From positions 1 through 64,000 of IMG/VR virus record IMGVR_UViG_3300046005_001038: 64,000 bases of DNA, one strand, 5' to 3'. Source of the stretch: a virus. Within the stretch, counting starts at the first letter, position 1; each line of letters begins with the position of its first letter. This document shows positions 8,952 to 19,627 of the stretch, piece by piece. The position numbers and the translations under genes are program-made. The notes under the pieces are model-generated. The model saw nothing but the letters and a program-made list of their open reading frames with translations. It had not been told where the DNA came from and made no database searches.

Positions 8952-9821
8952 ATGTCAGATGAAAGAAATCATTTAATTTATAAAATAAAATCTCCTTCCA
9001 GTAAAGTTTATATTGGACAAACAGTGAATTTAAAACAACGACTTAATAATCATAAAAATAAAAGGTCGTCTTGCATTGCTATTTCAAATGCAATTCAAAA
9101 ATACGGTTGGGATAACATGACCGTTGAAGTATTACATGAAAATCTTACATTAGATGAAGCAAATGAATTAGAAGAATTTGAAATAGTAAATAATAATTCT
9201 TTAATTCCTAACGGATATAATATGCTTACAGGTGGAGCAAATTCTTTACACACGGAAGTAACAAAAAATAAAATAAGCATTGCTAATAAAGGAAAAAAGC
9301 GTTCTGAAGAACATTGTAAACGAATGTCTGAAATAAATACTGGTAAGAAAATCCCACCTGAAATTATTGCGAAGATAGTTGCTACTAATACAGGAAAAAA
9401 ACGAACTCAGGAGTTTAAAGACGCAATGTCCAAACTTCATACTGGAAGAATCATAAAACCTGAATCTATTGCAAAAGCTAAGGAAACTAGTATTAAAAAC
9501 GGAGGATATACTCCAACACAAGATACGATTGATAAATTTAAAACGTCTTATTTTAAGGTCAATTTCATTAAAGAATATGAACTTTATAAAAGTAAAATAG
9601 ACACACTCGATAATAATATAAGTTTTTCAGCAAGAAAATTTGCTGATTGGTTAGGTGTCAATAGTAAAACAGTTCTTAAGAAAATAGCAGATGGACTATT
9701 CGACGGTTTACAAACTGCTAGAGATAATCATAATAGAAAGTTTTATAATTTTACTAAACCTATAATTGTAAATTATTATGAGTCAATGCACACAAAATTA
9801 TTCGGAGATAAAAATGTCTAA
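8952..9821 (+). CDS. GIY-YIG homing endonuclease (NUMOD3 + C-terminal HTH)
   Basis: LIYKI..PS.KVYIGQT, NGYNMLTGG, NUMOD3-like repeats, FSARKFADWLGV. Confidence 0.9.
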   Translation: MSDERNHLIYKIKSPSSKVYIGQTVNLKQRLNNHKNKRSSCIAISNAIQKYGWDNMTVEVLHENLTLDEANELEEFEIVNNNSLIPNGYNMLTGGANSLHTEVTKNKISIANKGKKRSEEHCKRMSEINTGKKIPPEIIAKIVATNTGKKRTQEFKDAMSKLHTGRIIKPESIAKAKETSIKNGGYTPTQDTIDKFKTSYFKVNFIKEYELYKSKIDTLDNNISFSARKFADWLGVNSKTVLKKIADGLFDGLQTARDNHNRKFYNFTKPIIVNYYESMHTKLFGDKNV

Positions 9822-11658
9822 TAAAAGAATTCCAAGAGAGTATCAAAATTGGGCTATGGAAGCTATTTTTGAATCATGTAAAGAAAAAGATGTTAATCCA
9901 GTTATAGCATTGCCTGTAGGAACAGGTAAAGAGTCTGTTCAGTCATTCTTTATTCAAAAAGTGTTGTTTAAAGCTCCTAGAACTAGATTTCTATGTGTTG
10001 TTGCATCACAGGAATTGGTCGAGCAAAATGAAAAAGGATTGCTTGATGTTTGGTCAACTGCACCTACTGGTGTTTATTGTAGCGGGTTAAATAGAAAAGA
10101 AATTGCACAAGTTACGTTTGCTTCAATAGGTTCTATTGCTAAGAAATATGAATTATTAGGTAAAGTTGATATTGTTATGATTGACGAGTGCCAGAATGTG
10201 AGCGTTGTAGCCACTACGATGTACACTCATTTAATAAATTCATTGAAAGCTGTAAATCCTAAATTGCGAGTAATAGGCTTGTCTGGGACACCTTTTCGAT
10301 TAGGACACGGTTTATTATACGAAAATCACCCTGTATTTAATAAATTAGCTTTGACTATGTGTGATTTTGACGGATATAAATACTTCTTCGATAATTACTA
10401 TCTGTGTCCTTTAATATCAAAAAGAACTGTCACATTGTTAGATTATGGCAATGTGAAAAAAGCGAGTAACGGCGATTACGACCAACATCAACTACAAGAA
10501 GCACTAGATAAAGAATCCGTGACAAGGTCGGCATTAGAAGAAATTGTAATGTACGGAGCTGATAGAAAATGCTGGTTGATTTTTGCAAGCGGTGTTGAAC
10601 ACTCAGACCATATTGCGGAGATGCTAAATACAGAATTCGGAATCCCCACTGTGAGTATCCACAGTAAACTTGATGATACCACTAGAAAACAATACATTGC
10701 GGATTATAAAGCAGGTAAGTATAGATGCGCTGTAAATAATTTAGTGCTGACCGTAGGATTCAATCATCCTGCGATTGATTTATTAGCGGATATTGCACCC
10801 ACAACTAGCCCTGTTAGATTTGTGCAAAAATTGGGACGTTCGAGTCGAATGTTATTTAAAGGAAATCACGATATTTCTACATTGGAAGGTAGAAAGGCGG
10901 CTCAAATAGAAGGTGGTAAAATGAACGCTCTCGTGCTTGATTTCGCACGAAATGTTGATTTTCATGGAAGTCTGAATATGGTCGAACCTCCAAAACCAAA
11001 AGGTAAAGGCGGTGATGGAAAACAACCTGTTAAAACCTGCATTGCTTTTGAATGTGGTTGCAGTTCGTTAAACAAATCCAAATGCGATGTTCACTCGACT
11101 TCGGTAATCTGTAATACTATTCATCATCCGTCAGCTAGGTTTTGTGACTGTTGTGGAGCTGAGTTTGTATTTGAAGTCAAAATCACCCACACAGCGAGCA
11201 ACAAAGATATTATTGCCAAAGAAAAAGTTACTAAAACGGATTTAAAAACCCCTAAACCAAAACTCCCAGACCCTGAATCAGAATGGTATCCAGTCCAACA
11301 CATCGAATACAAACGTCAAAAAACTAAATCTGGTGATATGTTAAAGGTTAGCTATAATCCTTCCACACTAGATGCTGTTGAATGGATTGGATTTGAACAT
11401 CCAGATGGTTCATGGCAACGGTCAGCTTCATTTAGCTGGTGGAACAAACGTATTAGCGGTAAATGTCCACGAAGCATCGATGAAGTATTAAAATATGTTG
11501 ACCAATTACCAAAACCTGCTAGAATACTTGTGTCACAAAAAGGCAAGTATTTAAACGTAAAGAAAGTAGAATTTGCTGATGATTTTGTGATGAGTAGATT
11601 GGTTGAAGTTGAATCAGTAAGTATTGCTGATTTGGATAGTGATTCGATTCCTTTTTAG
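9814..11658 (+). CDS. superfamily 2 helicase with Cys-rich domain
   Basis: PREYQ, GTGK, DECQ, SGTP, LTVGFN.P, QKLGR..R; acidic tail DSIPF. Confidence 0.92.
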   Translation: MSNKRIPREYQNWAMEAIFESCKEKDVNPVIALPVGTGKESVQSFFIQKVLFKAPRTRFLCVVASQELVEQNEKGLLDVWSTAPTGVYCSGLNRKEIAQVTFASIGSIAKKYELLGKVDIVMIDECQNVSVVATTMYTHLINSLKAVNPKLRVIGLSGTPFRLGHGLLYENHPVFNKLALTMCDFDGYKYFFDNYYLCPLISKRTVTLLDYGNVKKASNGDYDQHQLQEALDKESVTRSALEEIVMYGADRKCWLIFASGVEHSDHIAEMLNTEFGIPTVSIHSKLDDTTRKQYIADYKAGKYRCAVNNLVLTVGFNHPAIDLLADIAPTTSPVRFVQKLGRSSRMLFKGNHDISTLEGRKAAQIEGGKMNALVLDFARNVDFHGSLNMVEPPKPKGKGGDGKQPVKTCIAFECGCSSLNKSKCDVHSTSVICNTIHHPSARFCDCCGAEFVFEVKITHTASNKDIIAKEKVTKTDLKTPKPKLPDPESEWYPVQHIEYKRQKTKSGDMLKVSYNPSTLDAVEWIGFEHPDGSWQRSASFSWWNKRISGKCPRSIDEVLKYVDQLPKPARILVSQKGKYLNVKKVEFADDFVMSRLVEVESVSIADLDSDSIPF

Positions 11659-11689
11659 GAGAAATTTATGAGTAAATTAGGTGTAGGAA

Positions 11690-11977
11690 ATGAGTAAATT
11701 ACTCGTCGATTACTGTAATCGTATTGGTTCAATATCAGGTAAGACTAAGTGTGAATCAGGTTATAGTTTCGATGCAGATGAAGAATGTGTTGATGCAGTT
11801 AAAATAACTTACCTAGAAGGCTCAAGGGACGTTAAATGGGAATCAAATGAGAAAATGTATCGTGAAAAAAGAAACGCTCGTAGACGGGAATTGTATCCGA
11901 ATACGAGTGAAGTTAAAAATTCCAAAAGACGTGAGAAGTATAAAATTAACCGTGATAAGAAACGCGAGGAAGAATGA
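11690..11977 (+). CDS. hypothetical basic protein
   Basis: ORF with Arg/Lys-rich C-terminus. Confidence 0.55.
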   Translation: MSKLLVDYCNRIGSISGKTKCESGYSFDADEECVDAVKITYLEGSRDVKWESNEKMYREKRNARRRELYPNTSEVKNSKRREKYKINRDKKREEE

Positions 11978-12192
11978 TGGATGTAATTGAAAAAGATTGG
12001 AATGATTGTTATGATTGCTTAGAAGAAAACGGATTTTCTGAAAAGGACATCCTTACCTTTGCTAGAAAGTATTATCTAAAGTATAGAACAATAGAATTAG
12101 ATAATTTAGCAGGTAAGATGACAGATGAATTAAATTCCTTGCGTGCAATATCTGACAAGTATTTAGAAGCTATTTATAAAGAGATTAACTAA
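11974..12192 (+). CDS. hypothetical protein
   Basis: coupled ORF. Confidence 0.55.
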   Translation: MMDVIEKDWNDCYDCLEENGFSEKDILTFARKYYLKYRTIELDNLAGKMTDELNSLRAISDKYLEAIYKEIN

Positions 12193-12193
12193 T

Positions 12194-12925
12194 ATGAAAC
12201 TAAATGAAAAACAAACTGTATTTAATGATGGTATTGGTTATATTCAATTGCTAGATGTGTTTGGCGATGACAAAGTAGTTGTTGATGCGGCAAGAGTGTC
12301 AATGCACAAGGAATCAGACCAATATACAGATGACCAGAATCAACGTCTGATTAACTATCTATTGAACAACAATCATTTTACCCCTGTTTGTCATCCGCAA
12401 ATTAGATTGCGTATTTTAATGCCTATTCTTGTGGCTAGACAATGGTTCAAACACAATATCGGTATTGTGCGTAATGAAGAATCTCGTCGATATGTTGATT
12501 ATTTACCACAGGTATTTACGCCAGACACATGGCGTTCACGAGCAGAGCGCGTTAAACAAGGCTCTATTGATGAACCTGTTGTGAACTCTGCGATGGTACA
12601 GCGTGCGTATGAAAACAGCATTAAAGTCGCATTAGATACCTATGAATTCATGTTAGCTAACGATGTAGCCCCTGAATTATCGAGAAGTGTGTTACCACAA
12701 TCATGCTACGTTGAATTTGTTGAAACAATTTCTTTACAGGCAATGCTCCGTGTGATACATTTACGCACAGATTCACACGCACAGAAAGAAATTCAGTTAT
12801 ACGCTAAAGTGTATGAATCTATCGTAAAAGAACATTTCCCGATGGTTTGGAATGCTTTGAATCCAATTGTTACACAAGAAGTGTCTAAATCATGGTTAAG
12901 CAAATTATTATTTTGGAGAAAGTAA
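12194..12925 (+). CDS. thyX: flavin-dependent thymidylate synthase
   Basis: AARVS, HFTP, VARQWFKH, NEESRRY, PELSRSVLP, LRTDSHAQKEI. Confidence 0.93.
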   Translation: MKLNEKQTVFNDGIGYIQLLDVFGDDKVVVDAARVSMHKESDQYTDDQNQRLINYLLNNNHFTPVCHPQIRLRILMPILVARQWFKHNIGIVRNEESRRYVDYLPQVFTPDTWRSRAERVKQGSIDEPVVNSAMVQRAYENSIKVALDTYEFMLANDVAPELSRSVLPQSCYVEFVETISLQAMLRVIHLRTDSHAQKEIQLYAKVYESIVKEHFPMVWNALNPIVTQEVSKSWLSKLLFWRK

Positions 12926-13135
12926 ATGATATTCGGATTATTTAACAGTAATTATTCAGCCGACAAAAAAGCTAAAGATAAACAAAAGCGAGAGCTGAAC
13001 TCTCGTAGAAATTCAAGCTATGATTATGATAATAGCAGTATGACAGTGTATTCTAATTTCAGTTCAGATTGTTCTAGCTCCTCATCTTCCGATTGTTCTA
13101 GTTCATGTGATAGTGGTTCTTGTGGTGGAGATTAG
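12926..13135 (+). CDS. small protein with Ser/Asp/Cys/Gly-rich tail
   Basis: C-terminus SSDCSSSSSSDCSSSCDSGSCGGD. Confidence 0.65.
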   Translation: MIFGLFNSNYSADKKAKDKQKRELNSRRNSSYDYDNSSMTVYSNFSSDCSSSSSSDCSSSCDSGSCGGD

Positions 13136-13137
13136 TA

Positions 13138-13386
13138 ATGAAAAATGTTAGTTTTCAAAAACCTTATATTTCACAAGTAGACGGTAAGGTTAAGTTCATC
13201 CCTAGATTACATCTTGTTTCAACGTCATATACTTGTGAAGAAGCATTTGACTTGATTAGAGAGATTCACGATAACATCAATGAGATTAAGATAACCAAAT
13301 CGTTTCTTGAAAAATACAAAGATGACCGTGATGTGGTTGAGAATTTTATTAACGATATGTTTGCGAGAGATAGCGATGCGCACTAA
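13138..13386 (+). CDS. hypothetical protein
   Basis: GGAG RBS. Confidence 0.5.
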   Translation: MKNVSFQKPYISQVDGKVKFIPRLHLVSTSYTCEEAFDLIREIHDNINEIKITKSFLEKYKDDRDVVENFINDMFARDSDAH

Positions 13387-13426
13387 AAATATATCCGTAC
13401 ATTCTTTAGAGAGTGGTGGTGAAAAT

Positions 13427-13615
13427 ATGAATAGAGTCATCTACGATAAAATGCGATTAGAATTTCGTTATTATGGACTTGTGGACATTGCTGATTTTAG
13501 TGTACATTACTTGCGTGAGTTCTTAGGTGACTCACCACAATTACATGATTTACAGGCTTTAGTGGATAATAAGGCTGTAGAACTAGAAAAACAACGAAAT
13601 CTAACTTGGGAGTAA
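13427..13615 (+). CDS. hypothetical protein
   Basis: ORF in operon; start uncertain. Confidence 0.45.
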   Translation: MNRVIYDKMRLEFRYYGLVDIADFSVHYLREFLGDSPQLHDLQALVDNKAVELEKQRNLTWE

Positions 13616-13908
13616 GGAATGAATTTTAACATTATGCTAAATGACATCTGTGAAGAAATGTCATTATCAGCAGTAGAAGTATATGAGTTTTCACGTTGGA
13701 TGAATGCTAAATTCAATGATGATGACTTTGATGATGAAGGTAATTTGGTAAGCGGTGAGTTGTATGATTGATGCTGCTATACGAGGTTACAAGAATGAAA
13801 AAGCGTATGTCGCTTCCGAAATCAATCGGAAAGAAAAACAAGTTAGTACGCTAAAACAGAAGTACAAAATGTTAGAAAGTAAAATAATTGAATTGGAGAA
13901 AAAGAAAG

Positions 13909-14133
13909 ATGAATGAAGAACAAGTACAAGAAGGTCGTAATGCTTTAATCGCATTAGGTTGGGAGTCAGCAAGTATTGATGCGTTTGCTCGTATCACCTG
14001 TAATAATGAGATTAAGAAAGAGATTTCGTCAGGTTTATTACCTTATCTTAACAATGTGGTTAATGATTTAGGTGATTTACAGGCTGATTTGAATGCTTTG
14101 ATTGTTCACATTCAGGAGTTTAATAATGGATAA
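13909..14133 (+). CDS. hypothetical protein
   Basis: ORF in operon. Confidence 0.5.
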   Translation: MNEEQVQEGRNALIALGWESASIDAFARITCNNEIKKEISSGLLPYLNNVVNDLGDLQADLNALIVHIQEFNNG

Positions 14134-14232
14134 GGTTATTGCTGGAATGTTAGCGAGTTATATTGTGGCTATCTACTTAGGTAGTTTAGTGGGTGTTGGA
14201 ATGGTTGTTGTTGATTTTGTGAGAGGTTTAGG

Positions 14233-16491
14233 ATGATTGTAATTAAGCGTGATGGTAGTGAAGAAAAATTAAATGTTGATAAAGTTCACAAATGCGTAGC
14301 GTGGGCGTGTGAAGGTTTAGAAAATGTATCGATTTCAGATGTAGAAACGAATGCTCGTGTTCAGTTTTTCGATGGTATTACGACAACACAAATTCATTCA
14401 AGAATGATTCAATCTGCGGCTGAATTGATTAGCTTAGAGTCACCTGATTATGAGTATGTGGCGGCTAGGTTACTGCTTCAACAAATTATGAAAGATTGTG
14501 ATAGTTCAGATGGAAACGGGTATCCTACTTATGTTAATCAAGCCGTAAAATTAGGAAAGCTATCTGAAAATATGATTTCACATTATAATTTAGAACCAGA
14601 CAATGATTTAGACACAAACTGGATTGCTTTAGAAGGTTCTATTAAAAATGAAAACAATTTGAAGTTTAAGTATTTAGGATTACAAACACTTTATGACCGT
14701 TATTTAATTCGTAATAATGAAGGTAAAGTTATTGAATCGCCACAACACTTCTTCATGCGTGTCGCTTGTGGGATTTGTTTAAATGAACCTAAAGAAATTG
14801 CAACTGAAAAAGCGATTGAGCTTTATAACTTATTTTCAAATTTTGAGTATATTCATTCGACACCGACATTATTTAATGCGGGTACATTACATCCACAGAT
14901 GTCATCATGTTATTTGAATGTGATGCACGACGGTACATTTGAAGAATCAAATACAAGCATCTTCGGTAATGGTATTATGTCCACAATGGCAGAATCAGCA
15001 ATGTTATCTAAATTTGCTGGTGGTATTGGTACAGATTTCACTTATATTAGACCTGCTGGAAGTTCTATTGCTGGAACTAATGGCGTTAGTTCAGGTGTTA
15101 TTCCAGCATTAAAGATTTATAATGACACCGCCTTATTCTTCAATCAAGGTGGAAAGCGCAAAGGCTCATTCGCACCCTATTTAGAAATGTGGCACGGTGA
15201 TATTGAATCGTATATTGATTTGAAAAAACCAACAGGTGATGAAAGATTGCGTGCTAGAGATATTTTTCCTTATTCTTGGATTCCTGATTTATTTATGGTA
15301 CGAGTTAAAGAAAAAGGTGTGTGGTCATTATTTGATTCGCATTTGTATCCTGAATTACACGAATTGTATGGTGATGAATTTGAAGCAAGATATTTAGAAT
15401 TAGAATCTGATGGTAAGTTTATTAAACAAGTCGATGCGATGGAATTGTGGAAAAAGTCTATTTCGTCATTAGTTGAAACTGGCGCACCAATGATTACATT
15501 TAAAGATGCGTTTAATCTTCGTAATCCACAACGTCATGTGGGTAGCATCAAGTCCTCGAATTTGTGCAGTGAGATTGGCGAAGTTACTAACAATGATGAA
15601 ACGGCTGTTTGTAATTTAGGTTCGTTGAATATGTCACAATTAGAATTTGACGATATTAGACGTACTGTTCCGATTACAATCAGAGCTTTAGATAATGTGA
15701 TTGATGGTAACTTTTACCCAAGCGATAAAGCTAAGAACTCCAACTTTAAACACAGGCCGATTGGTTTAGGAGTTATGGGTTGGTTCGATTATTTGGTTAA
15801 ACATGACATTGATTTTGAATCACAATCGCATTTAAATGAAGCCGATAAAATCTTTGAAGAAATCTCATATTGGGCGATTAAAACATCATGTGAACTAGCG
15901 AAAGAAAAAGGCAAGTATTCTTCATTTGAAGGTTCGGATTGGTCTAAAGGTATCTTACCGTTTATGACTGATAAAAATTATGATGTTGAATCTTTATCTC
16001 AACGATGGATTGATTTAGTGGAAGAAGTTATCGAATATGGTGTGCGTAATAGTGTGATGTTAGCAATTGCTCCAACTGCTACAATCGCAAATATCTTAGG
16101 TACAACACAAAGTATCGAGCCACCACACAAGTTATCCTATATGGAAGAAAACTTGTCAGGTAAGTTCAGAGTGATTGATTCTAGTTTGAAATATAACAAA
16201 CCTAATTTAACAAAAACTGCGTTTGAAATTGACCAAGAATGGATTATTAAATCTGCGGCTGTTAGACAAAAATGGATCGACCAAGCACAATCATTAAACT
16301 TGTTTAAAAAACAAGGAGTGCGAGGAAGTCAGATAAGCGATTGGTATTTCTTAGCGTGGGAATTAGGTTTGAAATCGACGTATTACTTACGAGGTCAAGT
16401 TACTGAAGTCAAGCACAATGAAATCGGAAAAACTGAAGAACCTGTTTTAATGTGTTCAATCGACAACCCTGATTGTGAAGCGTGCAGTTGA
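14233..16491 (+). CDS. nrdA: class I ribonucleotide reductase large subunit with ATP cone
   Basis: VIKRDG ATP cone, STPTLFNAG, SSCY, SNLCSE, VCNLGS, APTA, KSTYYLR, C-terminal CEAC. Confidence 0.97.
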   Translation: MIVIKRDGSEEKLNVDKVHKCVAWACEGLENVSISDVETNARVQFFDGITTTQIHSRMIQSAAELISLESPDYEYVAARLLLQQIMKDCDSSDGNGYPTYVNQAVKLGKLSENMISHYNLEPDNDLDTNWIALEGSIKNENNLKFKYLGLQTLYDRYLIRNNEGKVIESPQHFFMRVACGICLNEPKEIATEKAIELYNLFSNFEYIHSTPTLFNAGTLHPQMSSCYLNVMHDGTFEESNTSIFGNGIMSTMAESAMLSKFAGGIGTDFTYIRPAGSSIAGTNGVSSGVIPALKIYNDTALFFNQGGKRKGSFAPYLEMWHGDIESYIDLKKPTGDERLRARDIFPYSWIPDLFMVRVKEKGVWSLFDSHLYPELHELYGDEFEARYLELESDGKFIKQVDAMELWKKSISSLVETGAPMITFKDAFNLRNPQRHVGSIKSSNLCSEIGEVTNNDETAVCNLGSLNMSQLEFDDIRRTVPITIRALDNVIDGNFYPSDKAKNSNFKHRPIGLGVMGWFDYLVKHDIDFESQSHLNEADKIFEEISYWAIKTSCELAKEKGKYSSFEGSDWSKGILPFMTDKNYDVESLSQRWIDLVEEVIEYGVRNSVMLAIAPTATIANILGTTQSIEPPHKLSYMEENLSGKFRVIDSSLKYNKPNLTKTAFEIDQEWIIKSAAVRQKWIDQAQSLNLFKKQGVRGSQISDWYFLAWELGLKSTYYLRGQVTEVKHNEIGKTEEPVLMCSIDNPDCEACS

Positions 16492-16548
16492 CCTATAGTT
16501 TAATTTAGTTCATAATAGGTTACACTTAATAAGTGTAACCTATTTTTT
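16488..16548 (+). promoter_or_regulatory. overlapping terminator and nrdB promoter
   Basis: TTGACC-17-CATAAT overlapping 14-bp stem AATAGGTTACACTT/AAGTGTAACCTATT + T tract. Confidence 0.65.
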
Positions 16549-16564
16549 ATTTACGGAGTTTGAA

Positions 16565-17569
16565 ATGATAGACATAAACGATAGACGGTTGATTGATGGT
16601 GAAACGAACAACTTAATGCAAGTATTCCCACTGAAGCACGTTTGGGCTAGAGATATTTTAGATAAAATGGAAGCAAATACTTGGTCGCACAAACAAGATG
16701 ACTTGAGCGAAGATGTCAAACAGTACCGTAGTGGTAAATTAAATGAAGGTAATTTAACTTCTTACAAAAAAGCATTGGCATTTCTATCTAATTTAGACGG
16801 TATTCAGTTTAATAATCTTGCCAATAATATCGGTAAATACATAACTTCACCTGAAGTATCAATGTGTATTAGTCGCCAAATTTGGGAAGAAGTTGTCCAC
16901 GTTAGAGCTTATGCAGACATTGTAGAAACAATGGGTTTTTCACCAGAGGAAGTTTATTGGTTGTTTGAAACAGATGAAATTCTAGCTAGTAAAAATAGAT
17001 ACATTACCGAAGCAAGTGACTTGCTAGGTAGAGAATATTCTGCTAGAAATTTTGTGAAAGCTATTGTGGCTAACATTGCGTTAGAAGGTATTTATTTCTT
17101 TAGCGGATTCTTAACTTTCTTTAATTTAGACCGTCAAGGAATTGTGAGAGGTACTTCTAATCGCATTAAACACATCGCAAGAGATGAAATTACCCACTTA
17201 TGGTTATTTATCACCATGTGGTTTACGCTGAAAGAAGAACAACCCGATATATTCACAGATGATTTAATCAGAGAATGTGAACAAATAATTAGATTGGCTG
17301 TTAAATATGAATGTGAGTGGGGAAAATATATTATTCAAGATGGAGTTTTAGGTCTAACAGATGTGATTATTGATTCATTCATTCAAGATTTGGCAAATCA
17401 AAGATGGAACTCATTAGGATTTAGCGAAGCGTTATTTGTTGATTCTAATAATAAACCTGTTACTAATTTAGCAAAATGGTTTGACAGTTATCTTGATTTG
17501 AATGATACAAAGACTAATTTTTTCGAGGGAAAGGTATTAACGTATGAAACAGAATCTTTGGAGTGGTAA
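16565..17569 (+). CDS. nrdB: ribonucleotide reductase small subunit
   Basis: LDG, EEVVH..AY (radical Tyr), LEGIYFFSGF, RDEITH, NFFE..V..Y. Confidence 0.95.
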   Translation: MIDINDRRLIDGETNNLMQVFPLKHVWARDILDKMEANTWSHKQDDLSEDVKQYRSGKLNEGNLTSYKKALAFLSNLDGIQFNNLANNIGKYITSPEVSMCISRQIWEEVVHVRAYADIVETMGFSPEEVYWLFETDEILASKNRYITEASDLLGREYSARNFVKAIVANIALEGIYFFSGFLTFFNLDRQGIVRGTSNRIKHIARDEITHLWLFITMWFTLKEEQPDIFTDDLIRECEQIIRLAVKYECEWGKYIIQDGVLGLTDVIIDSFIQDLANQRWNSLGFSEALFVDSNNKPVTNLAKWFDSYLDLNDTKTNFFEGKVLTYETESLEW

Positions 17570-18282
17570 TTGTGGAAACTAAAGTTTGCATCAAATGTAA
17601 TCTTGATTTAGATATAAGCAATTTTACAAAATCAAGTCGTAATAAAACAGGTTATGAAAACTCTTGTAAAAAATGTAGAAATATAGGTAGGAGAAAAAAC
17701 AGAGCTGAGTTAAGAGAATCTCAAAATTTTAAATATGTAGAAGGAAAAATATGTTTAGATTGTAGGGAGTATAAAGATAGGGGTGATTATTATGTTAGCC
17801 GTAATTGTACAGATGGATTACGCCCAATGTGTAAGAAATGTGCAAATATACGACATAACGAATATGCTAAAAATAAAAGAAAGACTGACCCTATGTTTAG
17901 GTTATCGTCAAGTATAAGAACATATTTGCATAAATCATTAAAAGCTGGAAATTGTACTAAGAGTCAATTAACTGAATCGTATTTAGGTTGTTCAATTGAT
18001 AGATTCAAGAACTATATTTCAGTATGGTTTGAAGATGATTGGAGTTGGGATAATTATGGTAAAATATGGGAAATAGACCATATAATTCCTATCTGTTCTA
18101 TTAAATGCGAAGATGACGCGAAAATAGTATGGCATTTTACAAATATGCGAGCTGCCAGTATTGCTGAAAACCGTTTAAAGTCTGGAAAGATGTTTGATAA
18201 TGGTACAAATGAAATGATAATTTCAATGCAAGAAGCGATGCGAGAATATGCTGAGTATTCACAATCTGTCAGTAGTTCTTGA
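17563..18282 (+). CDS. HNH endonuclease with two CxxC repeats
   Basis: CIKC..CKKC, CLDC..CKKC, LGCS, WDNYG..WEIDHIIP, HFTN. Confidence 0.85.
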   Translation: MVIVETKVCIKCNLDLDISNFTKSSRNKTGYENSCKKCRNIGRRKNRAELRESQNFKYVEGKICLDCREYKDRGDYYVSRNCTDGLRPMCKKCANIRHNEYAKNKRKTDPMFRLSSSIRTYLHKSLKAGNCTKSQLTESYLGCSIDRFKNYISVWFEDDWSWDNYGKIWEIDHIIPICSIKCEDDAKIVWHFTNMRAASIAENRLKSGKMFDNGTNEMIISMQEAMREYAEYSQSVSSS

Positions 18283-18340
18283 CACCAACCCACTAGCTAA
18301 CCGATAATACCGTCACATTAAAGGCGGTATTGTTTTATTT
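18279..18340 (+). promoter_or_regulatory. overlapping promoter/terminator
   Basis: TTGACA-18-GATAAT; stem AATACCGTC/GGCGGTATT + T-rich tract. Confidence 0.6.
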
Positions 18341-18351
18341 AGGAGAGGTAA

Positions 18352-18606
18352 ATGAGCGACAACTTTAAAACCGATGAAATTTCATTGAAAATAACAAGAT
18401 TCTTCGATGAAGAAACAGGTGAACCAATATGTATGCGATACACAGGTTCGCATTACTGTAAATTCTTAGCATTTACTAAATTTGGACAACAACCTGTTTG
18501 TGGTTATTTACACAATGCTGAGATATATGAAGAAACAAGTAGAGGTTTTATTAAACCTACTAACAAATGCCCTTTACACAATGGAGAAACGAAATATGAG
18601 AATTAG
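18352..18606 (+). CDS. hypothetical Cys-containing protein
   Basis: AGGAG RBS, four Cys. Confidence 0.6.
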   Translation: MSDNFKTDEISLKITRFFDEETGEPICMRYTGSHYCKFLAFTKFGQQPVCGYLHNAEIYEETSRGFIKPTNKCPLHNGETKYEN

Positions 18607-18838
18607 CACAAACCCAGATGATGAAGGTTTTCATCCTCTTGTTGCCAAATCTGATTATTTTCAGATTTATTTAGACGGTGTTAATATCACAAATAAATAT
18701 CTACTTCATACCGTCGATGAAGATGAAAATTGGATTGGAATTTATGTAGCTGATAAGAATAAAATTGCAATAGATGAGTACGGTGAACCGATTACTGATG
18801 TGATACACGGTGAAGTTAAAATCAAGTTTAAAAAATAG
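18596..18838 (+). CDS. hypothetical protein
   Basis: GGAG RBS; IYLDGV..TVDE..G.V.I pattern. Confidence 0.6.
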   Translation: MRISTNPDDEGFHPLVAKSDYFQIYLDGVNITNKYLLHTVDEDENWIGIYVADKNKIAIDEYGEPITDVIHGEVKIKFKK

Positions 18839-18846
18839 GAGAGAAA

Positions 18847-19248
18847 ATGTTTAAGCGTAAAGCAGGTAGTAGTAAATTTGGTGCAAAAAAGACGATTGTG
18901 GAAGATATTAAGTTTGACTCTACTATCGAATCGAAATACTATTTACACCTTAAAGAACGCGCTATAATAGGTGAAATTTTACATCTTGAGTTACAACCGT
19001 CCTTTGTGATTATGGAAGGTTTTAAACGTAATGGTGTGAAGATTAGAGATATTGTTTATCGCGCTGATTTTAAGTATTGGGATGTACAAAAAGAACGATT
19101 GATAATTAGTGATGTGAAAGGCTCGCCAGACGCAACGTATAAACTAAAAGCTAAATTATTCTTAGCATGGTTAGAAAAGAATGATAAAAATGCTTTATTT
19201 CACGAAGTATATTGGAAAAATAAATCGTGGGAGATTATTGAAAAATGA
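18847..19248 (+). CDS. DUF1064-family PD-(D/E)XK nuclease
   Basis: SKFGAKK, FDS.IE..YY, LELQP.F, YRADF.Y, DVKG, YKLK.KLF. Confidence 0.85.
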   Translation: MFKRKAGSSKFGAKKTIVEDIKFDSTIESKYYLHLKERAIIGEILHLELQPSFVIMEGFKRNGVKIRDIVYRADFKYWDVQKERLIISDVKGSPDATYKLKAKLFLAWLEKNDKNALFHEVYWKNKSWEIIEK

Positions 19249-19411
19249 AAAATAAAATAAATTTAATTATTAGTTTTGTAGCATGGTATTGGTTTTGTTT
19301 TTTCAAACAGCATGACTTTTCAAACGGATATGAAATAGCTCTAACTTTGTTAGTTGCAGTTACTTTAGGTAGACAGTTTGCTTCCGATTTTGACGGTAAG
19401 GATACTGATTG

Positions 19412-19627
19412 ATGATGTGGTTAATCTTTACTTTAGTTAGCACAACATCTATAAAAGATATTGACCACAAATCATTTAAAAGTTATACTGAATGCGAACA
19501 ATATGTAGAGCGACTGAGTAGTAAATCGAAAACTTGTTTTACATCTTACGCAAAATTTAAACAACCTAAGAAGGTGAAATATGAATCTAGCAGGATTATC
19601 AGAGCCAGCACAATTACTCGTAAATAG
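19412..19627 (+). CDS. small hypothetical protein with hydrophobic N-terminus
   Basis: MMWLIFTLV...FKSYTECE. Confidence 0.45.
   Translation: MMWLIFTLVSTTSIKDIDHKSFKSYTECEQYVERLSSKSKTCFTSYAKFKQPKKVKYESSRIIRASTITRK

Noticed and set aside
16520-16540. Palindrome before nrdB as an NrdR box
   Set aside because: Odd-length centre does not fit the 16-bp NrdR consensus; stem plus T tract fits a terminator.
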